In this document: piece after piece, positions 11,401-19,769 of the stretch
Position numbering within the stretch: position 1 is the first letter of the stretch
How the letters are laid out: every line of letters starts with the position of its first letter
Assembly (NCBI GenBank): GCA_000320545.1
Contig: ADNK01000673.1
Span: 1 to 37,891 of the forward strand
Source of the DNA: Bigelowiella natans CCMP2755
Lineage: Eukaryota; Protista; Cercozoa
Reading direction: 5' to 3'
Length of the DNA stretch: 37,891 bases
Notes under the pieces: model-generated
Database searches by the model: none
What the model was told of the DNA's origin: nothing
Seen by the model: the letters and a program-made list of their open reading frames with translations, nothing else
Translations under genes and position numbers: made by a program

Positions 11401-13402
11401 TGTTCAGGATAGTTTGATGACCTTCGACTTCAGTGTTTATGCTGAGAAGTCTGGGAATTCCAGGACTAAACTTTACTCTTGCCTTCTGCTTCTTTATTTC
11501 CTTCAAATGTAAATGTTTAAATCCCGATTTTTGAAGTATCAAAATTGTATTCTACATTAGCTCCAAAAGCAGCGAAATTTCTGAAACCTTTTACTAATTT
11601 AAGATGGAATATAAATTTGAGTAAGAATGACTCCATCCACTTCCAAATAATTTTAGATAAACTCACCCAGTTTTCCAATATTTCCTTCTGCTTTCACATT
11701 GGAGGTAGGAACATCAGGCTTGGGAGATTCTGGAGGTACCTGCAACGAGTACTCCTACAGTATTCGTTCAAAGAGGGTTGTGCAAGTAGGTACCGAGTAT
11801 ATTGCAAAAGTTCGAATATAAACTTCTTTGTAGTCCTCGGTCATGTCTGGGTTTTTAATCGTAACAACTCTGATTTGGGAGGAATATAAATATTTAGACC
11901 CTTAGAGACAATAATTTGTTCGATTATAATACCCTTCCTTAATCGGTAAATTTGCCCCCCATGGTTGCAACGTCTTTCTTATTAGTTTTCCAACGCTCTC
12001 TTTTTCGAAGGTTAATACTCGATGAAGGGCTGGCTTCTTCTGTTTCTTCTTTTTCCGTTTGATTTTTTGCTTCATTCTTGCGTTAACTTTTGGATCAAGA
12101 AGTTTTTTGTTGTAGAGCTCAAGAATATAAGGGCATGGAACGTACATAAGATGCCTTCGAAACCTGAATAAATTTGCTAAACCTCAACGTTGTATATTAA
12201 AGAAAAGGAAGATGATCTCACTCAAAAGTTTTTCCAAACACGTGCTCGATCAAGTGGCGGGACACTACAGCGTTCACAATTTCCTGCGCAACTGATTTGG
12301 TGCCACATGTCCAGTTCTTGCATATCCACTTTTAGATATTTATCATTAGACTAATCATTGAGTATCGTCAAGATATCACAACCTCGAAGATGTATGCTCC
12401 GGAGAACAAAGGATTATGGGGCTCATTACGAGGAAAATTCAACGGTGAAGGAGCCTCGAGACAAATTCTAACTAACATCCTGCAAATACAGTAGCACAAC
12501 AGCACAACTTGAACACTGTGTATCTATCGCTCTAGTATGAATTTTTACGAAGTTAGCTTGATTCCGCTTAGCTGCCCGAATCTCTGAACTGTAGAATCGA
12601 TCTTCATTGTATGCTGAAATTATTTTGTTTTAAAAACTAAGTTTGATGGTAACAAATCGAATTAGTCCACCGGTAGTAACAAAATGTGAGCATCGCCAGG
12701 ATTGCCGTCGCCATTTGTGGCTATCTCTCCCACAAGCATCTCATCATAAAGCCTGCAATTTCCAAACAATGTTTTTAGCTGAATCGACTATTTAACCATT
12801 TAAATGTTGTACACAAACGAATACCTTTCTCCTGTGATTCTGTTGTAGATTGAAAAAGTGTTGAAAATCCGGCACTGCATTCTGTCATTTGATTGTGAAG
12901 GGGCAGGTTATTCGTCTTTTCAGATCCCGATTTATGCTATCTACTTACTCTAAGATTTCTGTCTTTGACTTGAATTTCTTTTTGCCATCATCGTTCAATT
13001 TACTTTCTTGCTTCTTGCACCCATTGAAAGCACTTATGTGTAGAATTTCCATCCCTAGAATGTGCACATTGCAAATTGTTCTGAGAATTTGTATGGGCGT
13101 CGCGAACTGGTATTTCCTACCATTGTTTTTGAACGATTGAAGCACTTTTGCCTTTAGATCTCTGATGTGGTCACTGACGTGTGCGCTAATTGCCACATGA
13201 AACCTTTTAATTGACGAATCAACAATTGAATCAAAGCACTTATGAGCGGAAATGAATCGCACTGATTTTCGTTGAGTGGGAAAATGTGGCATCTAATATC
13301 CAAATCGTCAGCTGCGCCTGCCCCTTTTGTGAGGTCTTGGATGGTTTGACGTGCTGAGAACGAGCCGAAACGCACTTCCTCAACGGCAACACCATCCGCC
13401 AT
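5494..13402 (-). CDS. Large multi-exon gene (possibly more than one): DEP-like domain, probable C2 domains and a C-terminal PRT_C/MCTP-like membrane region
   Basis: Spliced exons near 12100-12480 read FSGAYIFE|WICKNWTCGTKSVAQEIVNAVVSRHLIEHVFGKTF..FRRHLMY (DEP-like). YDGWFKL...MEIRLEV near 7100-7260 resembles a C2 C-terminus. YQWARDILMWKS and ERLQSLMLWRDP followed by hydrophobic helices match the PRT_C signature of MCTP proteins. The full exon chain was not resolved. Confidence 0.6.
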
Positions 13403-14466
13403 TGTTAAAAATGTGAGAGTCTTGTCAGAACGCCAAATCACCTGCATTTTTCACAATCCATGGTGCATTTGGAAGTCGCAGATGAGAGTCGGAGGTGAGC
13501 ACTACAAACAAACGAGTGTCCAAAATCCAACGACAACGAGGCGCAATGGGGGACTGCGACACGCTCTTGAAATCAAAGTTGGGCTTGGGTGGATTGTGAA
13601 CCACGATGAATGATGCTCCGTTGACACGTGGACATTTTGTTGTTGCAGTCGCTTTCCACCTAGCCATGATGTCCACCATGCTGCCCACATTTTCATGCAG
13701 ATTCCACAGGGCTGCGACAGATGGCCCACAACACAGCTCGGTCGAACCTGTGACAATTTTCATGTTTGAGCAAGCGTGAACTTTTGAAGGCGATTTGAAG
13801 CTTCAGGGAGCAGTGAGAAAGTCACTTCCTTCGTGTTCGCACGCAGCTGGGATTTTTCGCGTGCGTGTGGTCAGCGTGCGCGCACGCACTTGCGCACCAA
13901 AAACACTGCTGCAGCTCTGCACATTGTTTGCAACTCTCAGCAAACTTCTTGCATTTTTCGCAAAAACATCGTTTTTGGCCTTCGAAAACGTGACAACGAA
14001 ATGCAGGTTTTCACGGAAAGTGACACGTTTTTGGTCGTTTCTCGGTCAAAAATTGCATTTTGATCGACGCTCGGCCGAGCTGCAGATGTGTTCTGCATGT
14101 GATCACGTTCATCAATGTGAAGACGCGCTGCGCGCACGCGCACGCGCACGACCAGCCTTTTGCGCTGCAGCCAAACGTTGCCGGGTTTGTGTGAATGCTG
14201 TTGCAGAGTCGTCAGCACTGGCTAGAGCAGCCTAGCAGTGCTGGAGTGGCGCACTCAGGTGCCACATGGGTGGTGCGATGCTCGTTCAGCGTGCGCGCGT
14301 CAAGTGATTCAGCAATTGCTGGCACCCGCATCGTGTGCACTTTGCATGACCACGTCAGGATGACAAATGAAAAAGTTGCTCTTGTTCATCACACCTGTTC
14401 GACGCTTTGTGGTGAGCACTAGCTCGTTCATGTGTACGTGACGTGTGAGACGGATGTGATGAAGAA

Positions 14467-17400
14467 TCAAATTTTTTCAATGGTCATCCTGATGTAGCTG
14501 TGCAATGCAGCGGCTACAGCGCTAATGTTGCATCTGTTGGTTTCTGCCACAATGTGTTTCATGCATTTGAAAGCGTCCTCATGCGACCGATGTTGCCGCG
14601 CACTGCGCGCAGCAGTTCTGGATTCAATTTCAGCCTTTGTCAACCGGTTCGTGTCGTCGTTGCGATTCATGATCGCGCGCATTTGATTGCGCAATCTGAT
14701 TTGTTCTCGACCATGTGTTGGACATTGCAGGAGATGATCCATGTCCTTCAGGATGCCACATGCATCGCACGTGGCATCTTCCTCTGTGCATTGTCCACGT
14801 GACAGCATGAATTTGCCAAGATTGCCGACACCACAGATGGCGCGCATCCATGATGTAGCAACACTTGGAAGTTTCAGTTTGATGCCGGTGATCGAAGATG
14901 ACGGGAGGAAACCAAGATTCTTGAGATGCACAGCGCGCAATGAATCATTGGACCATTCCTCTTCGAATTCGTTGAAAGCACAAGATTTCATCACCTTGTG
15001 ATGTTTTTTCAGTTCTTTTTTCAGCGCCTCTGTTGTCGCCAAAACGGTGGGCAATTCGTCACCTAACAAGTCGTCAGTGATCGATTTGAGCCGTCGAAAC
15101 AAGGATGCTTTGTTCCACGTGTGTGTGGGCACATCAATCCACGATGTGCCATCCAACATTTTTCGATTTTCAATGATGAAGCCATAACTGCTCCAATCAT
15201 TTATTCCCTCATGGATTTGAGGACCGCTGCCTGTGTCGATCCATGCGTTAGTGCGTAACCATGATTTAGCACACTGCACTTTAGTTTGATATCGGGGTGG
15301 CAACGTGCCAGTGAGGACGTGGGGGACGTCGTTGGAGATGGATCCAGGTAATCCCAATATACGTTTCAGGGTTTGGGATTCCATGGAATCCATCTGTTTT
15401 ATTCGTATGTTTCTTCGTGATCTCCATATTGGAGCAGCGTATCTGCTGGATGCAAGGAACCATGATTTGTAAAATTTCAGTCTGACGTTTAGCGGTACAA
15501 GGTGTCTGGAATAACACAACCTTAACAAAAACCTTCGCTTCTTTTGCAATCTCAGGTGAGAAGCAAGAGCATGTTTTTCAAAGGTTAATTTGTTGTCGAA
15601 GATTAGTCCGAGACATCTGCCGCTGTCGACTCTTTTTATTTTTCCTTGGAGATTGAGAGAGATGTTCCAGGAGGTTTGGTGTCGGTGGGCTTTATTTCTT
15701 TTGTCAATTATAAGGTACCCGCTCTTGTCCCCATTGAATCGCATCCGCCATTTCATGCACCAGTCCGTCATTTGGTTTAGGTCGGCCTGGATATCATCTT
15801 GCATTTTCCCCCATCGGTTTGGCGAAAACAATTTGTAGGGGGTAACGTCGTCACAGTATATTTGGAAATCTGTGTTGGTAATATGTTCGTAAATGTCGTA
15901 ATAGGTTATGAAAAGGAAACAGCTGAGAGATGATCCTTCGGGGACGCCGCTCCCAAGGTTCATGTGCTCAGAGAGAGTATTGCCAAATCTGAATCTGGCG
16001 GTACGATCTCTGAGCCAGTCGTCGATCCACAGCAATAGCGAGCCTCGTATTCCGTATTTGTCATGTAACTTGCGTATCATGCCGGAATGCCAGGCTTTTG
16101 GATAAGCTTTAGAGGCATCTGTAAACAACAGGATGGCTGCAAGCTTTTTGTTATATACTCCATCCTCGATTGACTGCGTCATCTTTGTGAGTGCAGTTTC
16201 GCAGGATCGATTTTTCATGAATGCATACTGATGTATGCTAATGTTTTTGGGGGGTATAGCTTCGCGGAGCCGTTGTTCTATTAGTTTGTCTTCTATTTTA
16301 GAAGCTATTTGTAGGAGAGAAATCGTTCTCCCGTTGAGAGGGGTGTTAAGTTCTTTGTTGGCCTTAGGGATGAGACAAAAAATGGCCGCCTTACGTGAGC
16401 CATCTCGGGTACCCCATCTATATGACATGTTGAATGTAGCTAACCACAGTTGATGGAGTTTCTTGCTTTTTTTCAACATGTTTAGGTGAACACCATCATC
16501 GCCAGGAGACTTGTACGGTGATGCTTTGTTGATCACGTTTCTTAGTTCATGCATAGAAAAATCTCTGTTGTATGAATTAACACTGTAGATCTTTTTGTCT
16601 TCATTTTTCCTGAAGGTATTTCTCCAGGCCTCAGTTTCAGCGTGAAAGGTTCGATTTTTCTTGTCTGACGGGTGTGGTTTGTAGATATGTTTCCATTTGG
16701 CAACACACACTTCACATTTTTTTTCTTCAGAGGTTTCGCCATCGAGTCCTCCGAATTTATCCCGCCCTCTGGATTTTTGGAATAATTTGTACAGCATTCT
16801 GGTATGATTCCCATTGTTGTATTTTTCGAAGCGAGACAAGAATAATTGCCATGCTTCGTACTGAAGGGTTTCGGTGGTTCGTTCAAGTTCGGCGTTGATT
16901 TCTTGGATCTTGGTTTCTAATAATTTTCTCTTCCGAAATTTCCTTTCGTGTTTCAAGGATCTAAATAATTTTTCTTGTTGATCTTTGATGGATTTATATT
17001 TTTTGTCGTTTTGGTATGGCTTGATTGGACTCCAACGTTGTCGTTTTTTTGGTGTGCAGCTATTAAAAGCTTTTCCGGTAAAGTCCCAGAACCAGCGTTC
17101 AAGCTTTTTTGCATCAGCCTCCGATTGAACGTTTAGTATGCGCTGGTGCAAGCGTTCGGTAATATTATTCAATTTTTCGTCAAATCGTTTTACATCGAAT
17201 TTGTCGATGTCATATATCATTGGTGAAGTCTGTTGATGGATTGCCACAGGTTTTCCAAAGTGGATACCGAAATGGTCACTTGTCGTGGTGTTGGCCATCT
17301 GATATTCTATTTGGTGTGCGAAGTTTGAGGAGCACAGCACATGATCAAGTGTGCTTGTGTTTCCTTTTCTGAAATATGTGGCTTCCCCAGGGTTGACCAT

Positions 17401-17961
17401 CATGATGTTGTTATCCGACAACCACTGGTGTAGGTATCTGCCACGTCTATCTTCTTGGTTTCGGACATCGTAGGTGGAGTGTTTAGCATTAGTGTCCCCC
17501 ACGATGATGTATTTTTTCCATTTCTGTTTCCGAATGATGTTCATTATGAAATCTAATCTCTCTTTCAGATGTGAGATGTTTTGGTGTGGCTGGAGGTACA
17601 CCATTATGACAGCATATTTTTCAATGCTGTGTATGAAAAAACTAATATCGTAATTGTTATCATCTATAGGTATATGAATTATATCTGTGTTCTTTTTTCT
17701 TAATCCAAAGCTCCCAGAGGAGCCGCTCGTCCGAATCACTTCGTATCCCGCTGGAGGATGCAGCCTCTCCGATTCTTTGAGGCGGCCTTCCCCAAACCAG
17801 GCGAGTTCGATGTTGTTGGTGGTTATCATTTCTTTTAACATATTATATCTTCTATTTATTCTTTGCCTGCCTTGTTCAGTTCCGTTTTTACTGCGTATGT
17901 TTTGGTAGTAGTAGGGGAGATTCAAATGATTAACCATATTTACGTGTCCTTCTGTTTTCAT
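14467..17961 (-). CDS. LINE ORF2: apurinic-like endonuclease, reverse transcriptase and C-terminal CCHC finger
   Basis: APE: YYQNIRS, IIVGDTNAKH, ATYFRKGNTSTLDHVLCS, TSDH. RT: KSPGDDG, LIPK, RTISLL, QYAFMKNRSC, DASKAY, GVPEGSSLS, YCDD, FNGDKS, RCLGLIFDNKLTF. C-terminal CDACGILKDMDHLLQC. No RNase H motif recognised. Confidence 0.95.
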   Translation of the reverse strand: MKTEGHVNMVNHLNLPYYYQNIRSKNGTEQGRQRINRRYNMLKEMITTNNIELAWFGEGRLKESERLHPPAGYEVIRTSGSSGSFGLRKKNTDIIHIPIDDNNYDISFFIHSIEKYAVIMVYLQPHQNISHLKERLDFIMNIIRKQKWKKYIIVGDTNAKHSTYDVRNQEDRRGRYLHQWLSDNNIMMVNPGEATYFRKGNTSTLDHVLCSSNFAHQIEYQMANTTTSDHFGIHFGKPVAIHQQTSPMIYDIDKFDVKRFDEKLNNITERLHQRILNVQSEADAKKLERWFWDFTGKAFNSCTPKKRQRWSPIKPYQNDKKYKSIKDQQEKLFRSLKHERKFRKRKLLETKIQEINAELERTTETLQYEAWQLFLSRFEKYNNGNHTRMLYKLFQKSRGRDKFGGLDGETSEEKKCEVCVAKWKHIYKPHPSDKKNRTFHAETEAWRNTFRKNEDKKIYSVNSYNRDFSMHELRNVINKASPYKSPGDDGVHLNMLKKSKKLHQLWLATFNMSYRWGTRDGSRKAAIFCLIPKANKELNTPLNGRTISLLQIASKIEDKLIEQRLREAIPPKNISIHQYAFMKNRSCETALTKMTQSIEDGVYNKKLAAILLFTDASKAYPKAWHSGMIRKLHDKYGIRGSLLLWIDDWLRDRTARFRFGNTLSEHMNLGSGVPEGSSLSCFLFITYYDIYEHITNTDFQIYCDDVTPYKLFSPNRWGKMQDDIQADLNQMTDWCMKWRMRFNGDKSGYLIIDKRNKAHRHQTSWNISLNLQGKIKRVDSGRCLGLIFDNKLTFEKHALASHLRLQKKRRFLLRLCYSRHLVPLNVRLKFYKSWFLASSRYAAPIWRSRRNIRIKQMDSMESQTLKRILGLPGSISNDVPHVLTGTLPPRYQTKVQCAKSWLRTNAWIDTGSGPQIHEGINDWSSYGFIIENRKMLDGTSWIDVPTHTWNKASLFRRLKSITDDLLGDELPTVLATTEALKKELKKHHKVMKSCAFNEFEEEWSNDSLRAVHLKNLGFLPSSSITGIKLKLPSVATSWMRAICGVGNLGKFMLSRGQCTEEDATCDACGILKDMDHLLQCPTHGREQIRLRNQMRAIMNRNDDTNRLTKAEIESRTAARSARQHRSHEDAFKCMKHIVAETNRCNISAVAAALHSYIRMTIEKI

Positions 17962-19372
17962 ATGCCCTGAATCGTAGGTAGCTGCCCTGATATGTGATTT
18001 GTGAATTCAGCAGTTTGGTGGCCTCTTCATGCGAGTGCACAAACAGCTGAAGTAGAGGGCCCTTGCCGAGAGGTTCTATTGCTGCGACTTTTACATCGAT
18101 GTTGGTTTCGATTATCTGCTTGATGATTCCAATTCGTGTTGATTTTTCCTGCTCGTTAGGTCCCAGCCTTGGGCCTCTCAGAACTACAGAGTGCTTACTT
18201 GGCCTTGACTTAGCTGCTCTGACTGTGGTCACTAATCCAAAGAGTGAGGGAAGGAATGATCCTTGTCCTAACTGATGTTCGGTGTTAAGCAGATCCAGGT
18301 AAGCATCCATCTTAGATTCTCTGGAGCCTTTGAAGAACACTTTTAGGTGGGTTTTATTCCTAGATTTGAATTGGATTCCTTGAAAGTCCTTCCCATATTT
18401 CGCTTGGAAAGCTACGTGCATTTGGAATTCGTTCAATCCTAGTGCATCGATCAACTTTGGAGTTATTTTGGACAGGTTTTTCCCAATATCTGGAACATCT
18501 TTTTTTTCACTGGATGGGTTCAAATCCTCTACGTTCTTTCCGGCTAGGCATTTAGTCTCTTCTTCCTCGGTGTTAACTTCTGTCAGTGTGTCGCGGTTTT
18601 CATCCCTCGGATCTGCTGTGTTTGTTTCCTCACTTGTTGGTTCGTTGGCATGTTTTTTTTTGCCAGTGAGAACAGTGCGACATGGGTCGCCGGAGGCCAT
18701 AATGGCGCCCCCCGCTTGCAGCATGGCTTTTTTGTCAAGTTCCAATATGAGCACGTTCTGTTTATACTTCCGGTTGTATTTCCTTTGATTCCTGGCGTGA
18801 CTTTTTGGAACTTGCCAACTCTGGCTATTCTTTCGCTCAGCTAGTCTTTGTACTTCTGCTTCAGGATATTTATCTCGACCATGAGGTTCATCAGCGCGTG
18901 ATGAGGTTGTGACACTAGCGTAAGTTCTCGAGGTCCGTTGCATCGAGGAGGGTTGAGCTTCCATTGTGCCATTCTTCTGATGTTCCTTGATATAAGTCAG
19001 TTCTTCTTCAAGTTTCAGTAATTTGTTTTTAAGCCCAGCGTTTTCCTCCTGCATGTCTTTTTGATCTTGCTGCAATTGTTGTTGTTTCTCATCAACTAAC
19101 TGGACCATTGTGGTCAGCATTTCACACAATTTTTTCATTGTGTTCCACTGAGGAGTTTCTTTGCGTTCCATTGTTGCAGACAGTGTTGAAGTAACTTCGC
19201 GAAGGCATTGAGACAGATCATGACTTTTCCTATCAGAGCCACAGTCGTCATCATTGCATTCTGAATCGAGATCCAACGTTGCGTGTTGGTTCTTTTTGTG
19301 CTTTCTTCCCTTTTTGGGTGTCTGGTGCTTGTTGTTGCCACGCGCGCTGCGCGTGATCATCACGGTGGGCAA
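17930..19372 (-). CDS. LINE ORF1 (gag-like nucleic-acid chaperone): basic N-terminus, coiled coil, RRM-like C-terminus
   Basis: Lies directly upstream of ORF2. Heptad-rich segment LQQDQKDMQEENAGLKNKLLKLEEEL, RTYASV motif, C-terminal SVVLRG...EEATKLLNSQITYQGSYLRFRAY. The track start is TTG; the first ATG (MITRS) is near 19360. Confidence 0.8.
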   Translation of the reverse strand: MPTVMITRSARGNNKHQTPKKGRKHKKNQHATLDLDSECNDDDCGSDRKSHDLSQCLREVTSTLSATMERKETPQWNTMKKLCEMLTTMVQLVDEKQQQLQQDQKDMQEENAGLKNKLLKLEEELTYIKEHQKNGTMEAQPSSMQRTSRTYASVTTSSRADEPHGRDKYPEAEVQRLAERKNSQSWQVPKSHARNQRKYNRKYKQNVLILELDKKAMLQAGGAIMASGDPCRTVLTGKKKHANEPTSEETNTADPRDENRDTLTEVNTEEEETKCLAGKNVEDLNPSSEKKDVPDIGKNLSKITPKLIDALGLNEFQMHVAFQAKYGKDFQGIQFKSRNKTHLKVFFKGSRESKMDAYLDLLNTEHQLGQGSFLPSLFGLVTTVRAAKSRPSKHSVVLRGPRLGPNEQEKSTRIGIIKQIIETNIDVKVAAIEPLGKGPLLQLFVHSHEEATKLLNSQITYQGSYLRFRAYENRRTRKYG

Positions 19373-19769
19373 TATTTCACTTGTGCGCGGCTATGAGTCC
19401 GTTTGAAATAGCATTTTGTAGATGCAGCATTATTGTAGTACATGCGTACAACGGGCGCCTGCGACGTTGCAACAATGCCACGCTGTTTACAAAAGGACTA
19501 GACACGATATGCTGGTGGCGCATGACAATGACAGTGCGTATGCGAGCCATTCACGCACACACATGCACAGCATTTCTTTGCTGATTGTTGCATGGTTGCC
19601 ACACATGCTAGCATGCAATTCTGGCAATGAAAACATTTGAAAGCGAGTGGATGATCATTGCTGACTTGCGTGAGTATCACATCCTGACATCATTCTCTAG
19701 ATTCAGGCTGCAAATGAAAGAGCAGTGCCATCACCGATTGTGATTGTAGCTGCAACAGTGGACGGCTCC

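Larger units (their letters stand above)
14467..19372 (-). mobile_element. Non-LTR retrotransposon (LINE, APE-type) with two open ORFs; UTR ends, tail and target-site duplication not identifiable
   Basis: Intronless tandem ORF1 (480 aa) and ORF2 (1164 aa) overlapping by 32 nt, in an otherwise intron-rich window. Coordinates cover the coding span only. Confidence 0.93.

Noticed and set aside
13425-14422. Cluster of overlapping 66-146 aa ORFs on both strands
   Set aside because: Expected artefact of missing TAA/TAG stops. They are C/H/A/R-rich with no recognisable domain.
13321-15180. Methyl-CpG deamination or classical RIP as the cause of the TG/CA excess
   Set aside because: CpG is abundant (for example cgcgcacgcg, gcgcgc) and TpA is lost rather than gained; RIP would enrich TpA and create stop codons.
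2391-17961. GIY-YIG plus reverse transcriptase as a Penelope-like element
   Set aside because: They are more than 11 kb apart on opposite strands with host genes between them, and the RT has its own APE endonuclease.
14100-19760. Poly(A) tail and target-site duplication for the LINE
   Set aside because: None could be identified by eye, possibly because both flanks are mutated, so element ends are not reported.
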